Source of the DNA: Desulfarculus sp.
Lineage (GTDB): Bacteria > Desulfobacterota > Desulfarculia > Desulfarculales > Desulfarculaceae
NCBI GenBank assembly: GCA_003605055.1
Contig: QZKP01000018.1
Coordinates: 40,644 to 104,643 of the forward strand
Reading direction: 5' to 3'
Length of the DNA: 64,000 nucleotides
A program made the position numbers and the translations under genes. The notes below the pieces were generated by a model, which saw nothing but the letters and a program-made list of their open reading frames with translations, had not been told where the DNA came from and ran no database searches. Below are positions 45,937 through 55,746 of this stretch, one piece after another (position 1 is the first letter of the stretch; the number at the start of each line of letters is the position of its first letter).

Positions 45937-46977
45937 TTGGCCAAGATCGCGGTGGCGCTTAGCGGGGGTGTGGACTCCTCGGTGGCCGCGCTTCTTCTCA
46001 AAGAGGCTGGTCATCAGGTGGTGGGGCTGAGCCTGCGCCTGGGCGCCGGGCCGGATCAGGCCTGGCGGGCCGGAGCCGTTGCGGCCGAGCAGGTGGGCAT
46101 CCCCCACCAGGTGGTGGAGGCGGCCGGGGAGTTCGAGGAGCAGGTGCTGGAGCCCGTGGCCCGGGCCTACGCAGCCGGGCGCACCCCCAACCCCTGCGGC
46201 CTGTGCAACGCGCGAATTAAGTTTCCCCTGCTCTGGCGGGCGGCCCAGGTGCAGGGCTGTGAGCGCCTGGCCACCGGGCACTACGCCCGGCTGCTGCAGC
46301 GGGACGGCCGCTGGCTGCTGGCCGAGGCCCGGGACGCCAAAAAGAGCCAGGCCTATTTTCTGGCCCGTCTGGCTCCGGGGCTGTTGCCCCGGCTGCTGTT
46401 CCCTCTGAGCGGGCTGAGCAAGCCCCAGGTCCGCCAGATGGCCGCCGCGGCCGGGCTGCAGGCGGCCCAGCGGCCCGAGAGCCAGGACATGTGCTTTCTG
46501 CCGTCCGGCGGCTGGGACCAGTTCATGGCCCAGCGCCAGGGGATCCGGCCGGGGCCGATGGAGGACCAACAGGGCCGGGTGCTGGGCGAGCACCCCGGTC
46601 TGCACCGCTTTACGGTGGGCCAGCGCCGGGGCCTGGGCCTGGCCCTGGGCCAGCCGGCGTACGTTACGGCCTTGGACGGACCCCGGGCGGCGGTGCGGGT
46701 GGGCCCACGGTACAGCCTGGCCACCCAGGGCCTGGCCGGCCGCCGGCCCCTGTGGTACGCCCCGCTGGAGGAGCACGGGTCATATATGGTGCGCTTCCGC
46801 TACTCCCACCGGGGCGTGGCCTGCCGGGTCCAGGGCGATGCCCAGGGAGTGGAGGTTGTGTTTGCCCAGGAGCAGGGTGCGGTGGCGCCCGGGCAACTGG
46901 CGGTTTTTTTCAAGGACCAGGCGATCATGGGCTCGGCCTGGATCGCCAAGGCCTTTCCCTCTAACACGGATAGATAG
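45937..46977 (+). CDS. mnmA: tRNA 2-thiouridine(34) synthase MnmA
   Basis: IAVALSGGVDSSVAA PP-loop, catalytic Cys in NPCGLCN and in QDMCF. TTG start. Confidence 0.9.
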   Translation: MAKIAVALSGGVDSSVAALLLKEAGHQVVGLSLRLGAGPDQAWRAGAVAAEQVGIPHQVVEAAGEFEEQVLEPVARAYAAGRTPNPCGLCNARIKFPLLWRAAQVQGCERLATGHYARLLQRDGRWLLAEARDAKKSQAYFLARLAPGLLPRLLFPLSGLSKPQVRQMAAAAGLQAAQRPESQDMCFLPSGGWDQFMAQRQGIRPGPMEDQQGRVLGEHPGLHRFTVGQRRGLGLALGQPAYVTALDGPRAAVRVGPRYSLATQGLAGRRPLWYAPLEEHGSYMVRFRYSHRGVACRVQGDAQGVEVVFAQEQGAVAPGQLAVFFKDQAIMGSAWIAKAFPSNTDR

Positions 46978-46979
46978 CG

Positions 46980-47426
46980 ATGAAACTTTCTACGAGAGGA
47001 CGCTACGGAGTGCGGGCCATGTTGGAGCTGGCCATGAACTCAGGCAAGGGGCCGGTGCCGTTGCGGGACCTGGCCTCCCGCCAGGAGATATCTGCCAAGT
47101 ACCTGGAGCAGCTTTTAATACCCCTTAAGGGCGCCGGCTTGGTCAAAAGCGTGCGCGGGGCCCGGGGGGGCTATCTGCTCTCCACGGACCCAGGCAACAT
47201 CACCCTGTACGACATCGTGCGCAGCCTGGAGGGGCCCTTGGCCCCGGTGGAGTGCGTGCAGGACGCCCAGTACTGCGACCGGGTGGGCGGCTGCACCGTG
47301 CACTTGGTGTGGGGCGACATGGGCCAGCTCTTGGTGGATTTCCTAAGCAGCATCTCCCTGGCCGAGATGGTCAGGCGCCAGAGGCTCAAGGACCAAAGCT
47401 GCGCGACGCCAGTGGCGGCCGCGTAA
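46980..47426 (+). CDS. Rrf2-family (IscR-like) transcriptional regulator with three-Cys cluster motif
   Basis: MKLSTRGRYGVRAMLELA, ISAKYLEQLL, RGARGGY, and Cys residues in PVECVQDAQYCDRVGGCTVH. Confidence 0.88.
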   Translation: MKLSTRGRYGVRAMLELAMNSGKGPVPLRDLASRQEISAKYLEQLLIPLKGAGLVKSVRGARGGYLLSTDPGNITLYDIVRSLEGPLAPVECVQDAQYCDRVGGCTVHLVWGDMGQLLVDFLSSISLAEMVRRQRLKDQSCATPVAAA

Positions 47427-47454
47427 CCGTCAACCCAAACCGGAAGGAACAGCC

Positions 47455-48630
47455 ATGAGGAGCATTGAGGAGATCAACGCCAAGATCAAATCAGGGAAAG
47501 TGGTGGTGGCCACGGCCGAAGAAGTCGTGGGCCTGGTCAAGGACAAGGGCGTAAAGGCGGCGGCCCGTCAAGTCGACGTCGTGACCACCGGCACCTTCGG
47601 ACCCATGTGCTCCTCTGGCATGTATTTCAACCTCAAGCAATCCACCCCCAAGATAAAGTGCGGCGGCGGGCGAGTGACCGTGGACGGCGTCACCGCCTAT
47701 GCGGGCTGGGCCGCGGCCGACATCTGCCTGGGCTGCACGGCCCTGACTGACGATGACCCGCGCAACGCGGTCTACCCCGGCCTGTTCAAGTTCGGCGGGG
47801 CCCACGTCATCCAAAAGCTGGTGGAGGGCCAGAAGGTCAAGCTGGAGGCCAAGGCCTACGGCACCGACTGTTACCCCCGCAAGGAGTACAGCGCCGAGTT
47901 GGGCCTGGAGGATTTCAACAGCGCGGTGCTGTTCAACCCGCGCAACGCCTACCAGCTCTACAACGTGGCCATCAACCTGGGGCAAAAGACCATCTACACC
48001 TACATGGGCGTGCTCAAGCCCCGCATCGGCAACGCCAACTACTCCACCACCGGCGCCCTGAGCCCGCTGCTCAACGACCCCAAACTGCGCACCCTGGGCA
48101 TCGGCACCCGCATCTTCCTGGGTGGCGGGCAGGGCTACATCATCTGGCCCGGCACCCAGCATGTGGCCGAGCCCAAGCGCGGGGAGCACGACCTGCCCCT
48201 GACCCCCTCGGCCACGGTGGCGGTGATCGGCGACCTGCGGGGTATGAACGTCAAATACCTGCGGGCGGCCTCCCTGACCGGCTACGGCGTATCGCTGTCG
48301 CTGGGCTTCGGCCTGCCCATCCCGGTGGTGGACGAGGAGGTGATGGCCTTCTGCGCCATCAGCGACGCGGAAATCACCTATCCCATTGTGGACTACTCGG
48401 AGAATTACCCCCTGGGCCGGGTGGCCGACCTGGGGCGGGTGTCCATGGCCGAGCTGATGAGCGGCTCCATCGAGATTAACGGTAAGAAGGTGCCCACCGG
48501 TTGCCTGGCCAGCCGGGCCGTGGGCCGTCAGGTGGCCCTGGAGCTTAAGCAGATGATAAGCGAGGGCCGTTTCCTGTTGACGCGGCCGGTGGCCCCCCTG
48601 CCGGGGGCCCAGTTGGCCGCTGCGCTGTAA
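47455..48630 (+). CDS. COG1900/DUF39-type homocysteine biosynthesis protein (aspartate-semialdehyde sulfurtransferase-like)
   Basis: 391 aa. VVTTGTFGPMCSSG, a conserved Cys-containing N-region, and LGIGTRIFLGGGQGYI. Resembles the methanogen MA1821/MJ0100 N-domain family from memory. Paired with the NIL-ferredoxin gene. Confidence 0.75.
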   Translation: MRSIEEINAKIKSGKVVVATAEEVVGLVKDKGVKAAARQVDVVTTGTFGPMCSSGMYFNLKQSTPKIKCGGGRVTVDGVTAYAGWAAADICLGCTALTDDDPRNAVYPGLFKFGGAHVIQKLVEGQKVKLEAKAYGTDCYPRKEYSAELGLEDFNSAVLFNPRNAYQLYNVAINLGQKTIYTYMGVLKPRIGNANYSTTGALSPLLNDPKLRTLGIGTRIFLGGGQGYIIWPGTQHVAEPKRGEHDLPLTPSATVAVIGDLRGMNVKYLRAASLTGYGVSLSLGFGLPIPVVDEEVMAFCAISDAEITYPIVDYSENYPLGRVADLGRVSMAELMSGSIEINGKKVPTGCLASRAVGRQVALELKQMISEGRFLLTRPVAPLPGAQLAAAL

Positions 48631-48688
48631 ATCTCGCGGCCCGGCCCCCTGGCGGGGGCCGGGCGGCACAGGAAAAGGGGCGATCACC

Positions 48689-49096
48689 TTGGCGAAGAAA
48701 AAGCTTGTTCTCAGTTTTCCACCCCGGCTGATTCAAGAGCCGGTCACCTACAACCTCATCCGCCAGTACGACCTGCAGGTGAACATCCTGCGGGCCACGG
48801 TCCACCCGCGGGAGCGGGGCCGCATGGTGGTGGAGCTGCAGGGCAGCAAGAAGAGCCTGGACCAGGGCCTGGCCTACCTGGAGGAGCAGGGGGTGCAGGT
48901 GGACACTCTGGTGCAGGAGATGCGCCACTACGACGAGCGCTGCGTGCACTGCACCGCCTGCACCGCGGTCTGCCCCACCGACGCCCTTACGGTGGATTCC
49001 CAAACTCGAGAGTTGGTATTCGACGCCTCTCAGTGCATAATGTGCGAATCATGTATCGCGGCCTGTTCCTATGGGGCCATGGAGAGCCAGTTCTAG
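48689..49096 (+). CDS. NIL domain - 2x[4Fe-4S] ferredoxin protein (MA1822-like partner)
   Basis: N-terminal NIL-like domain (PVTYNLIRQYDLQVNILRA). C-terminal CVHCTACTAVCP and CIMCESCIAAC motifs. TTG start. Confidence 0.78.
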   Translation: MAKKKLVLSFPPRLIQEPVTYNLIRQYDLQVNILRATVHPRERGRMVVELQGSKKSLDQGLAYLEEQGVQVDTLVQEMRHYDERCVHCTACTAVCPTDALTVDSQTRELVFDASQCIMCESCIAACSYGAMESQF

Positions 49097-49179
49097 CGAC
49101 AGTGGGCTGACACCGCTCTCTCTGGAAGGGCCGATTGGCACTGGCAGGCAGCCCGGCCCCGGCTGCGCGTTGGGTCCGC

Positions 49180-52100
49180 ATGCCATTTAGCAAATATATA
49201 CCACCCCGGCGGCTGATCCTGGCCTGGCTGGTGCTGGTGGGCCTGGGACTGCGCCTTTGGGGCCTGGCCTGGCAGCCCGGCGGGTCCCAGGGTCTGCCCC
49301 TGGGCGCGTGGGGCTGGCGGGTGATAGAGCACCTCAACTGGACCCAGCCCACCTATCCCGGCCTGTGGACCCAGACCTTCTTCTCCCTGGCGGCCCTGGT
49401 GCAGGGCGCGGCCTCGCTCCTGGGAGGCCTACTGGAGCTGATGCTGGGCCAGGTGCGCTACCTGGCCGACGTGCGCCTGTCCGGTCTGTTGGCCGGCCGC
49501 CTGTGCGTGGCCGCGTTGGGGGCCGCCCAGATACCCATGGTCTATCTGCTGGGCCGGCGCTGCTTCGACAGCGTGGCCACGGGCCTGCTGGCCGCGGTGC
49601 TGGTGGCTTTCAGCCCGCTGCTGGTGGCCCGCGGACACTACCTGACCTTGGACGTCCCCCTGGGCTTCATGGTGCTGTTGTGCGCCTGGCTGGCCTGGCT
49701 GGTGATGGAGTCGCCCCGGGCCAGCCTCTTTTTCGCCCTGGGCCTGGCCCTGGGCCTGACCGTCACCATCAAGCCGGCCGGCCTGGCGGCCGCACCCTTG
49801 GCCCTGGCCGCCACCCTGCTGGTGCTGTGGCGCAGCGACCGGGGCTCCTGGCGCTGGCTGCTGCTGTGGCCGGCCTACGCCTTGGCCGGCCTGCTGCTGG
49901 GGCTGATCCTGGGCTCGCCGGGCCTGGTGCTGCACCCGCGGGACCTGGCCTCCCTGGACCTGCGGCAACTGGGTTTGTTCGTGGAACAGGACTGGTGGTC
50001 CTTCATCCAGCAGCGCGGGCGGCAGGCGGCCGAGCTGCTCTTGGGGGTGCAGGGCCTGGAGGTGGCCCTGCTGTGGCTGATAGGGTTGGCCATTCTCATT
50101 GATCGCCGGCAGGTGCAGCGCTGCCTGATCGCCCTGAGCCCCCTGCCGTTCATGCTGGCCGGCCTGCTCTTGCCCAGCGGCTCCTCCGAGGGCTGGCTGG
50201 CCTCCTGGCTGCCCGCGGCGGCGGTGGCGGCCTGCTGGCCCCTGGTGCTGCTCTGCCGCCGGCTGCCCCGCTTCCGCATGCAGGTGACGGCGGTGCTGCT
50301 CCTGGCCCTGGCCCTGGGCCTGTTCTCCTGCTGGCGCTCCCTGGCCGTGGGCTATCTCTTCTGGCAGCAGGGCACCCTGCAGGCCGCGCGGCAATGGCTG
50401 CAGGACAACCTGGCCCCGGAGGACAAGCTGTTGGCCGGCCCCGGTCTGCCCCTGGACATAGCCGCCGGAGCGCGGCCCTGGGGCAAGGGGCAATCTCTGG
50501 AACAAATCCTGGGCCAGGGGCAGTACCTGGTGGTGTCGGCCTGGCCGGGCCACGACCGCAGGCAACCGCCGGCCCCGCCGCCGGAGCTGCTGGCCTCCCT
50601 GCAACTAATAAAGCGCCTGGACCTGAAGTCCGGCTGGGGCCCGGGCCGCTGGTGGCCGGAGGCCAACTTCCCCAGCGGCATCAGCCCGCGGGTGGAGGTC
50701 TACTCCCCGCGCCCGGCCAGCCACATCAACCAGCCCCTGGCCCTGGCCCGGCCGCTGGTGGGCTACCGACGGCCCTACACCGTGGTCTATGGCCAGGTGT
50801 CGGCCTACAGCCGCGACGACGGCCAGATGTTGCTGGAGGCCCCTGGCGGCGGCCGGCGGGTGCTGCGCCTGGAAAACCCCCGCGAGGCCTTGGGCCTGCG
50901 CCTGACCAACCTGGGTCAGGAGCTGAGCGAGGTGGAGGTGAGCCAGGGGCCCTGGCCCGACCGCTGGATCACGCTCTATCCGGGCCAGAGCACCGATTTG
51001 ATCCTGAAGGCCCGGGCCTGGCCGCCCATGGCCAGGGGCATCTACCCCTTGGGCGTGCGCCTGCGGCGGCCGGGGCGCATACTGGCCCATCTGGAGCACG
51101 AGGCCCTGCTTTTGGGCAAGCGGGAATTGGAGGCGGGCCGCTGGCAGGTCGCGCTGCCTTGGCTGCAGAAGGCCCTGCAACAGCAGGAGAGCTTTGACGC
51201 GCGCGTGATGCTGGCCGGGGCCCAGTCCAGCCTGGGGCGCTACGGGGACGCCAGCCGCACCCTGGCCGCGCTACCCGGCCAAGTGGCCCGCGAGTACCTG
51301 GCCCTGGCCGGCGAACCCCGCGGCCCGCGCTGGGACCGCCGCCTGGCCGCGCTCACCGGCTACCACCTGGACCTGCTGCGCCGGGCCGGGTCCCTGAGCT
51401 ATAAGGTGGACGGCCCCTTGTGCGTGAGCGACGGCCGGGAGGTCAGCCTGCGGGGCAACGGGTATCACGGCAGCTACCGCCGTCCCAAGCAGGGCAACGG
51501 CGGCAGGCTGGCCCTCTGGCTGGCCGACCCCTATCCCCAGGGACTCTGGCGGCTGGACCTGGACCTGAGCAGCCCGGCGCGCACCAGTCCCCAGGAGCAG
51601 TTGGCCCGGGTGGAGGTCTGGGGCCGCAACGGCACGGCCAGCGAAATCCTGGCCAAGATGCCCATCCTGGGCCGCGACCTGCAGGGGGGCCGGGGGCGGG
51701 TGATGGTCCCCCTGCGTATCCCCTGGAGCGCGGGCAGCCTGGAGCTAAGGCTGTTCTACACCTCCCCCCACCCGCTGCGCCTGGAATCCCTGCGTGTGGG
51801 CGCGGACCTGCGGGCCCACATGGCCTGGGTACTGCGCTGGTATCACGAGGCCTGGGGCCAGGTTTCCCTGAACGCCGGACGCTTTCAGGCCGCTGTGGAT
51901 TCCTTCCAGGCCCTGCTGAAGCTGGACCCGGGCTGCCATCAGATTTACCTGCCCCTGGCCAAGTCTCTGCTGGAAACGGGCAAGCTGCCCCAGGCCCTGG
52001 AGATGGTGCGGCGGGCCGAACAGGCCTTCCCCTCGTTCCCGGATCAGTTGCAGGGCGCGGCCGAGCTCTACAAGCTGCTGCAGAAGCCCAAGGACGTGGC

Positions 52101-52545
52101 CCGGGTGGAGGCCCGCCTGGCCCACCTGCGCCCCTCTCTGAAAAAGGAGAGCCGCTTCGAGGAGGGACTGACCCTGTTAGGCTACGACCTGCCCAAAAAC
52201 CAGATCAAGGTCGGCAACCGGCTGGACGTGAACTTCTACTGGCGGGCCTGGCAGAAGGTGCCCTGGGATTACGTGGTGTTCCTGCACCTGCGGGGCCCCG
52301 GGCGGGTGCTCAACTACGACCACAACCTGGACCAGGGCCGGCTGGCCATGCCCTCCTTGAAGCCCGGGCAGGTGGTGCGCGAGGACCTGCACCTGAACAT
52401 ACCCGCGGACACGCCCCCCGGCGCCTATCGCCTGGTGCTGGGTATGTGGGACCCCCACTTCATGCGCGAGCCCCTGTCCGTGGCGCAGGGCCAGGGCGAA
52501 GGCAGCCGCGAGGTGGTGGTGGGCGAGGTGAAGTTGCTCCAGTAA
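49180..52545 (+). CDS. Giant GT-C/ArnT-PMT-like polytopic membrane protein with TPR-like region and C-terminal beta modules (protein A)
   Basis: N-terminal ~400 aa has many TM helices in an ArnT/GT39-like layout (LRLWGL..., YLLGRRCF, TIKPAG). The middle holds helical TPR-like repeats. The C-terminus LLGYDL...FYWRAW...DYVVFLHL...PPGAYRLVLGMWDP is common in GT39-like proteins. The ORF extends to a TTG at 49135. Confidence 0.7.
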   Translation: MPFSKYIPPRRLILAWLVLVGLGLRLWGLAWQPGGSQGLPLGAWGWRVIEHLNWTQPTYPGLWTQTFFSLAALVQGAASLLGGLLELMLGQVRYLADVRLSGLLAGRLCVAALGAAQIPMVYLLGRRCFDSVATGLLAAVLVAFSPLLVARGHYLTLDVPLGFMVLLCAWLAWLVMESPRASLFFALGLALGLTVTIKPAGLAAAPLALAATLLVLWRSDRGSWRWLLLWPAYALAGLLLGLILGSPGLVLHPRDLASLDLRQLGLFVEQDWWSFIQQRGRQAAELLLGVQGLEVALLWLIGLAILIDRRQVQRCLIALSPLPFMLAGLLLPSGSSEGWLASWLPAAAVAACWPLVLLCRRLPRFRMQVTAVLLLALALGLFSCWRSLAVGYLFWQQGTLQAARQWLQDNLAPEDKLLAGPGLPLDIAAGARPWGKGQSLEQILGQGQYLVVSAWPGHDRRQPPAPPPELLASLQLIKRLDLKSGWGPGRWWPEANFPSGISPRVEVYSPRPASHINQPLALARPLVGYRRPYTVVYGQVSAYSRDDGQMLLEAPGGGRRVLRLENPREALGLRLTNLGQELSEVEVSQGPWPDRWITLYPGQSTDLILKARAWPPMARGIYPLGVRLRRPGRILAHLEHEALLLGKRELEAGRWQVALPWLQKALQQQESFDARVMLAGAQSSLGRYGDASRTLAALPGQVAREYLALAGEPRGPRWDRRLAALTGYHLDLLRRAGSLSYKVDGPLCVSDGREVSLRGNGYHGSYRRPKQGNGGRLALWLADPYPQGLWRLDLDLSSPARTSPQEQLARVEVWGRNGTASEILAKMPILGRDLQGGRGRVMVPLRIPWSAGSLELRLFYTSPHPLRLESLRVGADLRAHMAWVLRWYHEAWGQVSLNAGRFQAAVDSFQALLKLDPGCHQIYLPLAKSLLETGKLPQALEMVRRAEQAFPSFPDQLQGAAELYKLLQKPKDVARVEARLAHLRPSLKKESRFEEGLTLLGYDLPKNQIKVGNRLDVNFYWRAWQKVPWDYVVFLHLRGPGRVLNYDHNLDQGRLAMPSLKPGQVVREDLHLNIPADTPPGAYRLVLGMWDPHFMREPLSVAQGQGEGSREVVVGEVKLLQ

Positions 52546-52584
52546 GGCTCCGGCCCATCGGCCCCGCCGGCCCCCCAGCCTTTC

Positions 52585-55500
52585 TCAGTCCAGGCGCTCC
52601 ACGGCCGCACCGGCCAGCTTGAGCGGCCCCCCGCGCCGGTACAGCACCCGCAGCCCCAGCTCGCAGCGCCGCGTGAGCCTGAACTCCACCAGCACATCCC
52701 GGTACCCCGGCCCCAGGTCGCGGCCGCGCACCAGGGCGTGGCCCAGGGGCAGACGGCCCAGGTCCGTGGCCGCCACCAGCTCGGCCAGCAGGGCCTGGGG
52801 CGGCGCCGGCTGCGGGGCGGCCAGACGGAAGCGGGCCCGGTAGCGGCCGGGGCCGTAGGTCTGCTGGGGGCCGTGCATGAGATACAGCTCCGGGTCGCGC
52901 TGGGGCCGGGCCAGCACGGCCAGGCCGCCGGGCACGGACGGGTCCGGCACCAGGGCGCCGGTCTGCCGCCAGAGGCGGCTGGCCGGATAAAACGGCGGCG
53001 GCTGCGCGCCCTCGGCGAAGCCTATAAGCACCAGGTCCAGGGCCAGGTCGCTCTTGCCGTAGAAGCGGGTGTGCAGGTCCAGGTGCGCCGCCTGCTCCAG
53101 GCTGAAGGCCAACTCCACGTCGTGCCAGCGGCCGTCGGCGGGCAGAGCCTCTGGCGCCAGCTCCCGGCCGGCCAGCATGGGTCCGCCGCCCGCGCGGCGC
53201 ACCTCGATGCGCCCCGGCGGCTCGCCGGGCCCCCGCTTCAGGCGGAAGCGGGCCAGGTAGCGCCCCGGCGGGTAATAGCGGTAGGGCTGGAAGAAGGCTA
53301 CTGGCCGGGAGGAGAGCAGGCCGGGCCGGTCCCGGCCGGCCTGGGCCAGGGCCACGTTGCCGGCCGGCCGGGGCAGGCGGGTCCCCAGGGGGCCGCCGGG
53401 CGTGGCCTGCTCGGCGAACAACAGGCCCCAGCCCGAGGCCTCCTCGTCCTCCACCAGCCGTCCGGTGTCGCGCTGCAGCCAGGGGGCCTCCCACAGGCTG
53501 GTCACCGGCGAGGTCAGGCCGCCGACCTGGGCCGGCTGGGCGCTAAGTTGCGGGGCGAAGAGAAAGACCGTCCCCTCCAGAAATAGAGGCCGCAGCAGGC
53601 CGCTGGCCTGCAGCCGCTCCCGGCTCAGGGCCGGCGGAAAGGCGCTGAGCCAGTAGGGGAAGGCCTGGTCGTCGTCGTGGAAGGTGACCAGGCCCACCCG
53701 CAGCCGGCGCAGGGTTTGCAGGGCCTGGGGCGTTACCTGGCCCAGGTTCAGCCCCTGCAAGGGCCGGTATATCTCCTGCTCATAGCGGCGGTGGGCCAGG
53801 GGCGAGTAGCCGTTGACGGACAGGGCCCGGGTGGCGGTGATGGTCAGCTCGTACAAAGAAGACTGGTGGGCGTGGCCCGGCCAGATGGGCAGCTCCAGCA
53901 GCCGCCGGTCCGCGGCCGGCCCGGTGGGCAGGTTCTTTTTGATGGCCGTCGTCAGGCCGGCCGGAATGCTGGCCAGGGAAAGCCCCGGCGGCCCGGGCGG
54001 CCAGTATCCCCACACCAGGAGGGCCGCCAGCGCCAGGACCAGGCTGACGCCGGCCGCCGGCCGCGCGGCCCAGCGCCGCCTGATCTCCCGCAGCAGCCAG
54101 GCGGCCAGCAAGCCCAGGAAAAGGGCCCCCAGCAGGAGCATGCGGCCGGGCACCCGCGGGTAGTTGAAAAAGGGCAGGTGGCGGTAGAGCAGCCCGTAGA
54201 GGGGAAAGGCCGGCAGGTTGGGGCCCAGGCTCAGGAGGCTGAAGCCCACCCCCAGCCCGGCCCACAGGGAGGCCAGGCCGGCCCCGCGCAGGCGCGAGGC
54301 CCGCGCCAAGCCCAGCCAGGCCAGGCCGGCTAGGGCCAGGCCGGCCAGCACCCAGCCCAGGAAGGCCAGCCGCTCCATGCGGGAGTCGAACAGGTCGGCC
54401 AGCCGGGGGGCGAAGAAGCCCGCCTCGGCCAGGCTGCGGCCCCCGCCGGCCTGGCTGGGGGCCAGGATCGGGCCCAGGCTGCCCAGGATATAGGCCGCGG
54501 CCAGGGCCAGGCCTAGGGCCGGCAGGAGCAGGGGCCTGAGCAGGGGCGCGGCCTCCCTGCCCGGCCCCTGCCAGATCGGCCGCAACCGCCGGCTCAGGCG
54601 CCACAGGCCCCAGGCCCCCAGGAGCAGCAGAAGGCCGGCCCCCAGGTGCGGGAGGTCCCAGACCAAGCGCAGGGCGTACAGCGGGGCCAGGGCCAAGGGG
54701 GCCAGGCCCGCGGCCGCGACCGCCCGCGCCTGCGCCAGGCCCAGCCGGCTCAGGGCCCGGACCAGGGCGGCCAGCAGCAGCCAGAGGGTCCAGATCAGGA
54801 TCAGGTACAGGGCCAGGCAAGTGAAAAGCTGGCCCACGGAGAAGCCCAGGCCTGGCGCCGGCCACTGCCGCAGATAGGCGAATATGCCCAGCCCCAGGCC
54901 CGCGGCCAGCACCGGAAGCCAGGGCCTGCCGCCGTCCTTAGTCTCTTCCGCCGCGGGCCTGTCAGCCGGGCGATGCAGCAGGACCTTGAGCGGCGTGTAG
55001 ATGACCAGCAGCAGGGCCAGGTAATAGATCAGGTGCGGGTCCAGCAGAGCGGCCACCAGCAGCGCGCCGCCCGCGCCCGCGCCCCAGGCCAGCCAGGCAG
55101 CCCGGCGTCCGGCCAGGCTGGCCCGCCAGGCCCGCCCAAGGCACCACAGGCACAGGGGCAGCATGAAGGCCACGAAGCCGTAGAGGTGGCCGCCGGCCAC
55201 CTCGGAGGTGCGCGCGGGCAGCAAGGCGAAGCACAGGGCCGCCAGCAACGCCGCCCAACGGTCCTGGAGTAGGTCGCGGGCCCAGACATAGGCCAGCAGG
55301 CCGGCCAGGACAAAGGACAGCAGCACCAGCAGATTGTAGGCGGTCAGGGGCCCCAGGGGCCGCAGCAGGGCGTACAGGGCCGAAAAAGGGAACAGGGCGT
55401 AGACCCCCCGCAGCCCGGGCGAGAGGAAGGTGTTGAACTCGTAGGGGTTTGTGAACATCCGCGAGGGGCCGGTCAGGTTGTCGGTGAACAGCCAGCACCA

Positions 55501-55725
55501 ATAATAGAACTGCAGATGGTCGCCTGGGACCAGGGTGGGCGGCGGCGCGCCCGGCTGGGTCTGGTAGGTGGGCGCGGCATGGAAGCTATAAGGGATGGCC
55601 TGGGACAGGAACCGGGACAGAGGCCAAGTGTAGGCCTGGGCCAGGGCCAGCAGCACAAGGGCGATCAACAGCAGCCATGGCCACTGGAATCCGCGCCTGT
55701 CCCGCTTGTTTCCCGGCTCCGGCAA
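52585..55725 (-). CDS. Giant polytopic membrane protein, GT-C-like, tandem paralog 2 (protein B)
   Basis: 1046 aa. Loop motif VPGDHLQFYYWCWLFTDNL after TM1, GHLYGFVAF, LPFFNYPRVPGR, more than 12 hydrophobic segments. Soluble C-terminal ~450 aa with two PGRY..RFRL modules. TTG start with GGGGAGAG upstream. Confidence 0.75.
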   Translation of the reverse strand: MPEPGNKRDRRGFQWPWLLLIALVLLALAQAYTWPLSRFLSQAIPYSFHAAPTYQTQPGAPPPTLVPGDHLQFYYWCWLFTDNLTGPSRMFTNPYEFNTFLSPGLRGVYALFPFSALYALLRPLGPLTAYNLLVLLSFVLAGLLAYVWARDLLQDRWAALLAALCFALLPARTSEVAGGHLYGFVAFMLPLCLWCLGRAWRASLAGRRAAWLAWGAGAGGALLVAALLDPHLIYYLALLLVIYTPLKVLLHRPADRPAAEETKDGGRPWLPVLAAGLGLGIFAYLRQWPAPGLGFSVGQLFTCLALYLILIWTLWLLLAALVRALSRLGLAQARAVAAAGLAPLALAPLYALRLVWDLPHLGAGLLLLLGAWGLWRLSRRLRPIWQGPGREAAPLLRPLLLPALGLALAAAYILGSLGPILAPSQAGGGRSLAEAGFFAPRLADLFDSRMERLAFLGWVLAGLALAGLAWLGLARASRLRGAGLASLWAGLGVGFSLLSLGPNLPAFPLYGLLYRHLPFFNYPRVPGRMLLLGALFLGLLAAWLLREIRRRWAARPAAGVSLVLALAALLVWGYWPPGPPGLSLASIPAGLTTAIKKNLPTGPAADRRLLELPIWPGHAHQSSLYELTITATRALSVNGYSPLAHRRYEQEIYRPLQGLNLGQVTPQALQTLRRLRVGLVTFHDDDQAFPYWLSAFPPALSRERLQASGLLRPLFLEGTVFLFAPQLSAQPAQVGGLTSPVTSLWEAPWLQRDTGRLVEDEEASGWGLLFAEQATPGGPLGTRLPRPAGNVALAQAGRDRPGLLSSRPVAFFQPYRYYPPGRYLARFRLKRGPGEPPGRIEVRRAGGGPMLAGRELAPEALPADGRWHDVELAFSLEQAAHLDLHTRFYGKSDLALDLVLIGFAEGAQPPPFYPASRLWRQTGALVPDPSVPGGLAVLARPQRDPELYLMHGPQQTYGPGRYRARFRLAAPQPAPPQALLAELVAATDLGRLPLGHALVRGRDLGPGYRDVLVEFRLTRRCELGLRVLYRRGGPLKLAGAAVERLD

Positions 55726-55746
55726 AAAAGGCTCTCCCCTACGACC

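Noticed and set aside
49136-49150. Exact TGGCAC hexamer upstream of protein A as a sigma-54 promoter
   Set aside because: The downstream GC dinucleotide is one position too close: GG at 49137-38 and GC at 49148-49, where the consensus needs 49149-50. Sigma-54 promoters do not tolerate this spacing change.
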